From contig CM061248.1 in the NCBI GenBank assembly GCA_022605425.2, forward strand, positions 1,054,001-1,118,000: 64,000 bases of DNA, given 5' to 3'. The stretch is from Hamiltosporidium tvaerminnensis FI-OER-3-3. Lineage: Eukaryota > Fungi > Microsporidia. A model generated the notes under the pieces. The model did not search any database. It was not told the origin of the DNA and was given only the letters and a program-made list of their open reading frames with translations. Position numbers and translations under genes: made by a program. How positions within the stretch are numbered: position 1 is the stretch's first letter; each line of letters begins with the position of its first letter. This document shows positions 1 through 11,169 of this stretch, piece by piece.

Positions 1-639
1 TTCTGATTTCAATAAACATTTATGTGAAAGAGTAACAATAAAAAAAATTCTATGCCCGAAATATCAAAGAATATAAGTTGATTGCTTAAAAAATGTTCTA
101 AATAATTTAGCGAGATTTATACTTAAAAAGGAAGATCAATCTTTATATTTCCTTATTTGAAAAAAAAACAATTACAACAAGATGCCTCTGTTATAGGTTA
201 TATTCTTAGAAGACTATTCAGTAAACAATAAAAAAGACAAACCAAGTAATTATTATTGTGATATTACTATTTAAAACATTAGAAAAATATTTGTTTGCTT
301 TATCAAACATATTGATAACAATTTTTTATTCGGTTCGGCAGAATACACGTGTTTTATATTTTACTATTTGATATTGTAATTAAAAGTTTAATCTTGAAAA
401 CGATTCTGCCTGTATCAAAAACATTATAGATTCAGGCTTGAAAGGCAAATAGACGCGGCCAAGGTGATTTCTAGTTCAGAAACAGAAAAAATAAATAATA
501 AAATCACCATTTTTTAGGAATTTTACCGTTTTTAATCTTAACTAAAAATTATATAAGCGTGAAAATAACAAAAAGACGGAATGGATCAAAATAATCATTC
601 GGTTGTTTGTAGAAGATGATTCTCTAAAACATTTCAAAT

Positions 640-1260
640 TATATAATGACACACTAATCGATAATAAACGCTTTTCCAGGCATACGTATTATGAAAGGAT
701 GTTAAAACTCTATGGTATACCAAATTGGTATTTTTAGAGCAAATATATTAAAAAAAAACAAAGTGCACGGATAGCAAGTCAAGGCGTTGGGCAAGAAATA
801 AGTTACGAAATCGTACAATAAGTTGAAGTTAATTGGGTCTTTTAAATGTTTCTAATCTTTTTTTTCCATTAATAATGGCTTCGTCGGAAGATAATTAGTG
901 GAAATTGAAGCATTTTTCAAAAATGATCATTGAAGTAATTCGATATAGTGTAATTTATTTATTGCGCATTTATTCCACTGAAAAATTAGATTTTGTATCA
1001 AGATTTGTACACAGAGAATATACATGACATTTTTAAATTCTGACGGCTTAGCCATTCAAAAAAAAAACAATAAAATAACATTTTGGGACTTTAATTTCGT
1101 CGATTTGCATACAAATAACAATCTAACTTAACAAAAAGGTTTTGGAAATTCGATTCAACAAAATCGTTTCTTTGATCTTATAATTTTAACAAGAGATCTT
1201 CTGAAAACGAGAATACTAGGTATTAAATTCAAAGTTTTTTGGTAAAATATTTTAATATCG
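640..1260 (+). mobile_element. Possible highly decayed Merlin/IS1595-like transposase relic
   Basis: Scattered translated fragments resemble VEVDE (agttgaagtt ~821), FIP.EN (~970), .SDG (tctgacggc ~1040) and F.DP (~1170) in the expected order; no ORF survives. By-eye match only. Confidence 0.25.
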
Positions 1261-1906
1261 TTTAGTAGCTATGCTTTCGCTTTAAACTAACAAATTAGAG
1301 TGTATTATGAATAAAATGCAAGAAAAATACAAAAATGAAACCTAACTTAATTCATTATGTTTTAATTTTCTCTATTTATAAAATATTCCATAAGCAAATC
1401 CTAAAAATGCTCAATAATATTCATGTAAAAATAAAAATCTAATCACAGTGAAATCAAATAAGCAGGGGTATTTAGGAGTTTTTTACGATTATAACTCTTT
1501 ATTTTTGGTGGTATTGCGCGATAATTGGTTATTAACGCTTTAAAACATAGTTCTAACTAATTTGATAACAATATCTAAAAATTTAGAATCTTGAAAACAG
1601 CAGAGAAATTCTAAACCGGTATATAGCCTAAACCTCTTCCTTTGTAGATTTAAAATGATGTAAAATGACCTGCTTGAATAATAAATAAAATAGTTATTGT
1701 TTTTTGTAACAGACATATCTATTTTCCTTTTTTTTTGATTTTGATTTTTTTTTAAAAAAAAAAAATTTACATGTTCGTATAATAAAGCTTTTTTATGAAT
1801 CAAGTTAAACATATTTATAATAAAAACGTAAAAAGACTATTCAGTTAAAAAAAATATAATTTGATAATTTATTAAAATATAAAATTTTCCGAACTTAATC
1901 TACATT

Positions 1907-2479
1907 TTAATTTCTCAGCACGAATTTCAAATAAATTTGTGCAAAAAAAATATTTGTCAATATAAGAAAAATAGAAATACAAGTCAATAAACAATTATAA
2001 CCTTTACTTCCTCTCATGTATTTATAAAATAAATATAGAATGATCAAATAGTAAAGCGAAAAAAGGGTTTTAAAGATATTTTTAAAATCCGATACCACAG
2101 ATAAACAAAGTAAAAATGTATTTTCAAAAAAAAGTGTAAAAATATATTTAAATTCTAGCTTTAAAACAAAATCCTGATGTCGATGAATATGCCGTGGCTC
2201 ATGGTTTAAATTTTGAATATTATTATCACTATCTAAAGTTTGCATAGAGGATGGTGGTGGTACAGTTTGTTGATTTGAAGAAGAATTTGTAACAAATATA
2301 TTGCTGTTTGTGAAACTCTGTGCAATTCTGCTAGAGCCATTTACATCCGTTGTTAGAATTTCATCATCTTCAGTTTCTAGCATAAAACTTTCATTTGTAA
2401 CCACATTATTTAAAATCGAATTTCTATTCATACCTAACGATTTTTTCTTTGCTATAAATGCTGCTGTCAAAACAATCAA
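1907..2479 (-). CDS. Lineage-specific small membrane protein (S/N/T-rich N-terminal half, ~3 C-terminal TM helices); start uncertain
   Basis: 190-aa ORF with hydrophobic C-terminus (LKLEFKYIF...FYKYMRGSKG) and a clear paralog at 12838-13461. Confidence 0.6.
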   Translation of the reverse strand: MIVLTAAFIAKKKSLGMNRNSILNNVVTNESFMLETEDDEILTTDVNGSSRIAQSFTNSNIFVTNSSSNQQTVPPPSSMQTLDSDNNIQNLNHEPRHIHRHQDFVLKLEFKYIFTLFFENTFLLCLSVVSDFKNIFKTLFSLYYLIILYLFYKYMRGSKGYNCLLTCISIFLILTNIFFAQIYLKFVLRN

Positions 2480-4351
2480 TTGTAATTTATTTAATAATAT
2501 CGTAAATTCTTTTATATTTATCGTGATAACATAATTAATCTAAAAAGATAAGGTCTATATTTATTAAAAATCTGTTTTAAAATAGCTTTTTATAATGTTT
2601 TTCAATGTATTATACAGTATTTTTATCGTATTTATCATTAATTGAAGCAACTAAGTCTTTTATAAAAAGTGTTTATAATTATTTTAAAATCAATTTATAT
2701 TAAAGATAACTTTTTTGTTATAATTAAAGTAACAGAAACATTCTTTTCACAATTAAAAATATTTAGAATATTTTAGTTAGAAACCTCCATTGATAAAATC
2801 AGTAATATTTTTAATATGGATGATTTGCTTAATATGGTGTATCGCCTTATTTAGTCATATGGTTTTGTGTCATGTTGTATTTATATTAGACAGTCTTTAT
2901 AATTTTTAATTCATGTTTTGATTCATGTCATTGTATACGAAATTTATGTTTACAAATTTGGCTTTTGTTTATCTAATTTCTTTGTCTTTTTTTCGAACAT
3001 ATTTGGTTACAATGACTTATACCTCTTTCTTTTCTTTGTTGTCTATACCCGCCTCGTGGTCATTTGGTTTTAACTACAAACTTATTTATCAATATGGATA
3101 AATTATTACTACGTTAAAATTAGTATTTCATCGACCGAATTCAGTATTTTGTTTTTAATGATAATCTTTAATTTTACCAGTTATTTGTTTTATGACATTT
3201 CTAAAAAAATATCCATCTGATCGTAAACATAAAATTAGTTTCCATTAAGATCCATTAAGAGGTATCAAATCAATAGAAAACAAGTAATTTTTAGTTGTTT
3301 TTCCGAAGAATGAATTTCAATAAGTTTAAGATAAGAATTCAGACTGCGATATCTATTATCTTATTTTATATTAGAATTAAATCTGTTTGATTTCTTGGTA
3401 TTATTTAATCCAGTTATGTTATATCATAATGTGGATAGGTGAAGATTTTAAAAACTATCTGTTTGGCAATGAATATGTGAAAATCATTGTTGACATTTTA
3501 GTGTTGTATAAACCACGTCAAATTGATAGACCAACCACCTATAATGCCGAGTTAGAACAGATTAAATGAAACAATTGGAAAATTTCCTGTTGTTTATCCT
3601 CGACATTGAGAGGTAAAAGAGGAATGGAATAAACAAATATAATTTTATTTTACTCAAATACTTATCTCTCAAGTTGAAAAACATTCTTATCTTTCTAGCA
3701 TTGGCTGTTTCTTTCCTTCGTTATGAACACAATCAACTGATGAATTAAAGCTTTATTTTAGGATTGTAAACTTTTCTGGTCATTTTCTCTTTTTGATGGG
3801 TAGGACGTATTCACAGAGAAAATCTTAAATTTACAAAATATAAATAGAGTGAATAAAATGTCTTAATTGAACATAATGAAATAAACCACGATATCCTACT
3901 AGACGATTGATAAAAGATAGAATCAGAAGACAAGAAAAAAAGCAGAGTAAAACGAACTAAGCTTTGATTTTTTTTAATTCTATTTATTTATCCATTCATT
4001 GTTTTCTTGAGTTAATTGAAAGAGAAAGACACGGAAAATTCTTCATTTAGCGAACATAAAAACGCTCTTTGAGTATTTCAAAGCTGTCCTAAAGGCCGAA
4101 TACACGAATGGTAGAACAAATCAAGGCTTGGCATAAGTAAGGAGCCAATATTTAATTTTACTCCTGAAACCTTGTGTTATATTACTACAACTGTAATTTT
4201 ATTTTTCGGCGTTTAAACATTCCTTAATCATCACATCTTACAAAAGAAGGGGTCAAATTTTTTACTCTAAAAATTTTTAATTTTCTATTTTTTATTATTA
4301 CGGTTTCTCTATTTTTTATTATTTAACTGATTTTATTTAACCCCCTTTTTT

Positions 4352-7139
4352 ATGTCAGAAATTCAGTTAAACATCCAAAGATTTAAAAAAAATATTCAAC
4401 GCTTACGTGAGTACATTCCTCCTTCTTCCACACTTTTTGTAATTTTAGGAAAACCAGAAGATGAACAGCCATTTGATACCAATTCAGCCGTATTTTTATT
4501 TCTTTTTGGTTATGAATTTCCCGAAACAATTCTTCTTATAAATGATTCAAATATGACAATCATTACTTCACCTCGTAAAGCCTGTATATTGGAACAGCTC
4601 TATCCTCACACTTCTCTTACACTTTTAGTTCGTAGAAAAGACAATTCAAATTTAAACGAAATAAAAGAAAAAATTTCTACTTTTACATGCATAAACGTTG
4701 TAGAGAAAGAAGGACTGAAAGGTTCTTTTGAACAGAATTTTGATATTTCTTCGTATGTAGACATAAAACCGCAATTACTTCATGTATTCAAGATTAAAGA
4801 GGATTACCAACTTGAATCTATTCAAATAGCTTCTCATCTCGCTTCTTATTTTGTTGATCAAGCAAAGACTTTTATAATTAATTCTTTTACAAATTCTTTA
4901 AAAAAAACGCATTTAGAAATTTCCAATTTTTTAGAAGAAATTATGGACAAACCAATAAATATAAATTTACCTGAAAATTTACATTTCGAACAAGACAAAT
5001 TAGAATTTGCATTTACGCCTTTCATTCAGTCAGGTGAAGCTATAAATATTTCTTCTTTCACTGAAAATCCATTTGAATCTTCATATTTAGAATTACCATT
5101 TGTTATTATAAAAATAGGTGTTAGATACGATGGTTACTGTTCTGAGATTTCTCGTACGTTTCTAATTAATCCAAACCAAGAAAGAATTGATTATTTAGAT
5201 TCACTTTATAAATTAAGAGATTTCATTTCTTCAAAAATTTTACCTGGAAGTGATTCTTCTGTTCTTAAAAAAAATATTTCTGAATTTATAAATTCGTGTG
5301 ATATTTCTTTGGATGGATCTGTGTTTTACTCAATTGGTTTACTTATTAATGAAGGATTTTGTATAAATTTATTTGATGAAATAAATGAAGATTTTAAAAT
5401 TGAAAAAAATATGACTTTCGTTATAAATATAAATTCCAAAAATATGATTTTATCCGACACGATCCAAATTTTAGAAGATAAAATAATTTTTTTAACTTCA
5501 AAAAAAACCAAAGAAAATTTCATTTTAAATATTTTATTAAAAGAAGGCCGACTTAAAGTAAATGAAAAATTAGGATTTCGTGTTCGAAGTAAAGAAAAAG
5601 AAGTTGAAAAAAATATTCAAAGAAAAGAACATCAAAAAGATTTAATGAATGATTTGATAGAAGAGATGTTAGAAAAATATAAAAAAATTAAAAAAGATAA
5701 TATTGGAGATTCAGAAATAAAAGAAGAAATATTTATTCCGTATAAAAAAGAAAATTTAATTCCTCGAGAAAGAAAACTCAAAGTAGATTTTAAACATGAC
5801 AGTATCCTTATACCTGTTTATGGATATTTAATACCTTTTCATATTTCTTTAGTAAAAAATATTAGTAAAAATGAGGATGGCAGTTTTTCTTTTTTAAGAA
5901 TTAATTTTTCTACAGAAAGTAATTTACAAAAAACTGAATTTTTAAAATCTTTAACTTATAAAGGAAATACGCATCATATTGGTGATTTATTTAGAGAAAT
6001 AAATGAATTAAAAAAAGATTTTTTAATTAGAAAAGAAGAAAAAAAGAATTTTAAAGATGTGATTGAGCAGGACACTTTGGTAGAAATAAAAGGAAAGAAA
6101 AATGTTTTAAGTGATGTTTTAGTTAAAACAGATTTCAAAATGGGTTCTAAGAAAATGAAACCTTCTAATTTAGAAATTCATCAGAATGGCTTCAAATATA
6201 CCGGTGATATTTCTTTAGAAATTTTATTTTCTAACGTAAAACACTGTTTCTACCAAGAGGGAACCCTTGAAAACAGAACAATTTTACATTTTAATTTGAA
6301 CAGTCCAGTCATCGTAAATTATTTAAATTCTTCAAAAAAAACTAAAAATTTTCAATTTTTTAAAGAAGTCGGAGTAAATTCAGCCCACTGACACATTTAA
6401 ATTAAAAAATGATGAATTTATGGAAATGATGTTGGATAAAGAAGAACAAGAAAAAAGAAAATTAGTAAATGACGAATTTAAAAAATTCTGTAACAAATTA
6501 GAAGAATACGGATTGGTAGTTCAAATTTTACTTAAAAATGGATTTTACGGTGTTCCTTATAAAGAATCTGTCCTCCTCTCACCAACAATGGAATGTCTTG
6601 TAAATTTAACAGAATTTCCTTTTTTTATTTTAACTTTAAAAGAAGTAGAAGTTGTTAATTTTGAAAGAATGATTTTTGGTGTAAAAACATTTGACATGGT
6701 TTTTGTTATGAAAGACAAAATAAATTTACAAACAGTTTCTATTTTCTCAGTTGATAGTTCAGAATCTTTAAATTTAAAAGATTGGCTTGATTCTAATAAT
6801 ATTGTTTTTATAGAAACAAGTGTAAATTTACAGTGGAATAATCTTTTAAAAAGTATTTTAAAAGATCCGCTTTCGTTCTATGAAAATGGTGGATGGGTAG
6901 AATTAATGGAGAATAGAAGTGAAAGTGAAGAAGAAAGTGAAGAAGAGAGTAGTACTGTTAGTAGTGTAAGTACTGTAGATGAAGAAGTACTTAGTGATGT
7001 TAGTGTTATTAGTAGTGAGAGTGAAGTGGTAGGAGAAGAAGAAAGTGATTTTGATAGTGGAGAGGAATATGGGGCAAGTGAGGAGGATGATTGGGAGGAC
7101 AGTGAAGAAGAAGAAAAGCCAAAGAAGAGGAAGAGGTGA
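4352..7139 (+). CDS. SPT16: FACT complex subunit Spt16, split by a single +1 frameshift near 6383-6391
   Basis: Motifs LFGYEFPET, GVRYDGYCSEISRT, PFHIS.VKN, LEIHQNGFKY, FYGVPYKESV.L.PT.ECLV, VNFER, FYENGGW and acidic tail with NLS (KPKKRKR). Removing one base joins ORFs 4352-6391 and 6420-7139 (..VGVNSA[H/T]DTFKLKNDEFMEM..). CCCCC motif just upstream of the ATG. Confidence 0.95.
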
Positions 7140-7140
7140 T

Positions 7141-7300
7141 GTGAGGGTGGGAGGGGTGTGGGAGGTGTGAGGGTAGGAAGAGGTGATGTGGGTGTGGGGA
7201 TGTGGAGGTAGATAGAGATGTGTGAGGTATGAGTATAATAAAGTATGAGTATAATAAAGTATGAGTGTAGGAAAGTATGGATTAGGAAAGTAGGAAAGGC
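7141..7300 (+). repeat. G-rich tract with G-quadruplex motif, followed by a 16-nt tandem repeat (TGAGTATAATAAAGTA)
   Basis: GGG-T-GGG-A-GGGG-TGT-GGG at 7145-7162; repeat units at ~7230-7265. Confidence 0.8.
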
Positions 7301-7750
7301 TAATTGTGTTAATTTATTTTTTTATAATGGATTACCATTTTCTAAGAAAAGTTTTAATAATTTAAGGGAATAATTTTAGGAGTAAAAATATTTATTTTTA
7401 TTTACATTTCTTTTATTTCTTTATATTTCTTTATATTTCTTTTTATGTTTAAATAGTTTTTAATTTCTTATTTTATTTTAAATTTTTATTTCTTTATATT
7501 TTTATTTTTATTTTCTTAATTACATTTAAATTTACATTTTTATTTTTATTTTTATTTCTATTGATTTATAGTGTTTATTTAACTCAAATAAACAAACAGA
7601 TAAAAAAAACAGATTAAATAAAAATAATGTAAGAATCTATTGAAACACTAAAAGAAAGAATCTATTTCTAAAAACCAAAAGCAATAAAATTCAGAAAATC
7701 TATTTAAAAAAATTTAAATAAAAAAATATTTTTTTTAAAATTTAAAAAGT

Positions 7751-7822
7751 TGCGTTCCCCGAGTATCGATCTCGGGACCTTTAGATCTTCAGTCTAACGC
7801 TCTCCCACTGAGCTAGGAACGC
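7751..7822 (-). tRNA. tRNA-Phe(GAA)
   Basis: Reverse complement GCGTTCC-TAGCTCAGTGGGAGAGC-G-TTAGA-CTGAAGA-TCTAA-AGGTC-CCGAG-ATCGATA-CTCGG-GGAACGC-A folds as a full cloverleaf; a TTTTT Pol III terminator follows. Confidence 0.97.
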
Positions 7823-7863
7823 TTATATTCAAATTAAAAATATATTTAAGAACCCTTATTTTG

Positions 7864-9868
7864 ATGAATGGATTGAAGACTTCGAAAACAGAGGAAACAA
7901 AAATGTGGTTGCATAGACTTTTTAATTCTTCTTATTTTAATACTTGGATGGTAGTTTCTTATTTATATCGGTATCCTTCTACAGGTATACAGTATTACCT
8001 GTGTAAGAAATTGGAATATAAAAAAGATGTATTGGTTGTGTTACCAGAGTTAGTGCATATATTCTTTTTTCATACTGAAGATATTGTAAGTTTACCTATT
8101 TATAATCTTTTTCTATTTCATTCTAAAAAAAGCAGAAAATTTTGTTTATCTTTATATTTTCTATTAAAGACGTATTTAGGAACTTTAGAAACTGAACAAA
8201 ACAAGTTATGTATCTTACTGATTGGAGAGATATATGAATGTGATTCTTTACGAGAAGAAAGAGAAAAATGTAAAAGAAAATTAATTTTTAATCCGATTTC
8301 TTCTTTTTTAAAGTATTTGGATTGTAAAAATATTTTGTTTAAAAACTTAATTTATAATCATTTGAATGGTTATAATTATCTAAGTTTTAAGACAATAAAA
8401 ATACCGAAAGTGGAATTAATATTTCCTAATTTGAAAGGAATTTTATTTTATTTTGTAAAATCTATATCTTGGATTATTTCTGATTCTCTTTTTAATTGTT
8501 TAAAAGATTATGAAAAGATATTTAGCAATAAAAGATTTCGATTTAAAGAAAGAGGTAGAAAAAGTAGGTTATTTTATGGAAAATCTTTTGAAAAGAAAGA
8601 TTTGACGAGTAATATTTCTTTTTTTGAGGAATTGATTGAAATTTCTAAACGATTGAAATATTTACATAAGAATATGAGACAAAAGGGATTAGAAATAGAG
8701 ATAGGACTTGTTAATTATAATTTACCGGCAAAAATTTATATTCCTTTTCTTCCTACTGGTAAGTATATCTTAAGAATATTGTTGGATCATTCTTATATTT
8801 TAGATTCTGCTGAGAATTCACCGTATTTGATTGTTTTGGAGATTGCGGATGAGTATATAAATAGAAATGAGATAATTTCTGAGGAAACACGAAATGTTGC
8901 AGTAATTTTGAACCAACTTACTACTCTGGAAATTACAAAAAAATATGAAGCGAATATAATTAAACAAAAAATAATTGAAAATTTACAAAATATTTCACAA
9001 AATAAACTTTATATGAGCAGTTGGAGTACAAAAAGAGAAACAATAAAAAGTCAATCAGTATATTCCAACTTAAGAGGATGGAATATAAAATCTATGATAG
9101 TTAAAACAGGAAATGATTTACGACAAGAAATGATAGCTTCTCAACTTTTAACTGAAATGATAAATATTTGGAAAGAAGAAAAACTTGATATTTGGGTTTT
9201 GAATTATGGAATATATTTGATTGGAAGTGATTGTGGATTCATTGAAACAATAACTGATGCGTATTCGATACACGCAATTAAAAAAAGAAATATTTCTAAG
9301 AAAAAATCGTATTTTTTAAAAAGTTATTTTTTAACAAAATACGGACCAGAACACAGTGGGGAATATAAACGAGCATTAAGAAATTTCTTAATTTCTTTAG
9401 TAGGATACTCATTAGCAACATATATATTACAGATTAAAGATAGACACAACGGTAATATTTTAATAGGTAAAGATGGACATATAATACATATTGATTTTGG
9501 ATTTATACTTGGAGACCATCCAGGTTTCTATAGAGTAGAGACAGCACCATTTAAGATATCAAGAGAGTATTGTGATTTACTTGGTAATTTAGTAAATGAT
9601 TTTAAATCTTTATTTCTTGAAGGTTTTCTTTCACTTAGAAAGTATAATGATAGATTGTGTAGAATTATAGAAATTATGATGGAAAAATCAAAAGTGAAAT
9701 GCTTAAATAAAAACTCATTGATTTATTTTAGAGAAAGATTTAAATTAGATTTAGGGTGATAAAGAAATAGAAAAATATGTTGTGGATTTAATCAATTGGA
9801 GTTTTAATAGTATGTCGACTGGGTTGTACGATTCTTATCAGTATTTCTCACACGGATATCTTAAATAA
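7864..9868 (+). CDS. PIK1: Phosphatidylinositol 4-kinase (Pik1/PI4KB type); +1 frameshift at GGG TGA (9754-9759)
   Basis: WLHRLFNS N-terminus, LDSAENSPY, IVKTGNDLRQE, QIKDRHNGNIL, HIDFGF, ETAPFK. The +1 frame supplies the conserved C-terminus GDKEIEKYVVDLINWSFNSMSTGLYDSYQYFSHGYLK*. Confidence 0.95.
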
Positions 9869-9964
9869 ATCAATTGATTCTTCTTTTATTTTATATAAAA
9901 TTAAAGTGGAGAGAGGATAATCTAAAAGTGAGAATATTCTATTAAATAATGTAAATATATTTGG

Positions 9965-10170
9965 AGAAATTAGTTATCAGTAAATAAAATTAGTTATTGT
10001 TAAATATAATTAGTTATTATTATAATAAGGTATTTATTATTATAATAAGGTATTTACCAATAAATAAAGTAGTTACTACTAAATAAAGTATTTACCAATA
10101 AATAAAGTATTTACCAATAAATAAAGTACTTACCAATAAATAAAGTACTTACCAATAAATGAGGTAGTTA
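9965..10170. repeat. ~18-nt degenerate tandem repeat (AAATAAAGTATTTACCAAT-like) downstream of PIK1
   Basis: Directly visible repeated units, best conserved at 10081-10160. Confidence 0.85.
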
Positions 10171-10310
10171 TTTAAAATAATGGAAAAAATGGTAAAAATA
10201 TTTTAGCCTAGAATTTTATCTTAATCTTATTTTTTTAAAAATAATCTAACAAATGTTAAAATGTTATATTTATAAATATTCTAAGTAGATTATAAATTTT
10301 TGTTAAAAAA

Positions 10311-11023
10311 TATCACATCTTTTTTAAAACAGTTGCAAGTGTTATATTTGTTTTCATGACATTAACGCAGTTCTAGGTTTAAAATAAATAACTGCTACCC
10401 CAAAACTCCATCATTAACCCCTGCGATACCTACGTCTCAAAGCCTTTCATCTACCAGATGTGTAAAACCTAAATAATAGGCGAGGCAGTTGCCTGGAGTT
10501 CGTTAATATCCGTCGCATGGAGTGTGATCGAAGGCCGAAGCCCCCCCTGGGCTCCCCCAAGACTATGCAGCATTCCCACTTACTCTACACTTTCAGAACA
10601 CAAGAAACTTCTAGCTAAGATATATTTCAGAGATTTACATGGGGTCCACCTAGAGAGTGCAATGTCATACCAACAGGTATAACCTGCTACTTAGCTTTCC
10701 TGGCTTTATATGGTTTTTTGTTTTAAATCTCCAGGCGCCAAGTCTTCTAACCCGAGTGAGCCAGGCTAGGTTTCCATGCTTTTACATGGCAATTACCTAC
10801 ATGTTCAGCTGCGGTCTGCAATCTGGTTACATAAAAAACTACAAATAAATTTGTACAAAAAGTTTCTCCATTTCTCAGACATCTTCTCCTCATAACAACT
10901 CCCTGGAACAACCAAAGATGTAATGTGGTTTTATTCCCACCAAAAATCCAAACAATGACCTCACACCAGTTTCATACACTCATTGCCAAGCAGAAAGTTT
11001 TTTATGTGGTTATCCTCCCTCCA
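10311..11023 (-). repeat. Dispersed ~710-nt structured non-coding element, copy A
   Basis: Highly similar to 40309-41021, colinear with 52427-53119 (inverted) and partially with 45415-45815 and 29193-29415. Strand inferred from the C(UUCG)G loop and G-U pairing. Confidence 0.9.
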
Positions 11024-11169
11024 ACATTATTTAAGTAGATATAATTATTTTATTATATAATTTTAAACAAATTTCTTTTTGGATCTTGATTACACAGAAT
11101 AAAAAAAATAATCACTAACCGCTCTTAAATCCCAATTAAATATTATTATAGGTTAATAGTTCTTTATTT

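Noticed and set aside
6374-6450. Intron (GTAAAT...CTGAC...AG) explaining the SPT16 break
   Set aside because: Available AGs give 68, 71 or 77 nt (wrong phase) or 10 nt (too short), and would delete sequence that reads as Spt16.
9756-9775. Micro-intron explaining the PIK1 break
   Set aside because: Nearby GT..AG pairs are 9 or 15 nt, in the wrong phase, with no branch site.
10040-10165. CRISPR-like array
   Set aside because: Head-to-tail 18-nt units without spacers in a eukaryotic 3' region.
10749-10965. Minus-strand frame in the 710-nt element (VWIFGG..RNGET..WK) as a Merlin transposase
   Set aside because: Motif spacing is wrong, catalytic Asp residues are absent, the frame is broken in other copies, and it starts ~70 nt from the element end.
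10311-11023. Solo LTR interpretation of the 710-nt element
   Set aside because: One end is TG/CA but the other is TA, and no 4-6 bp TSD flanks copies A-C. Disfavoured, not fully excluded.
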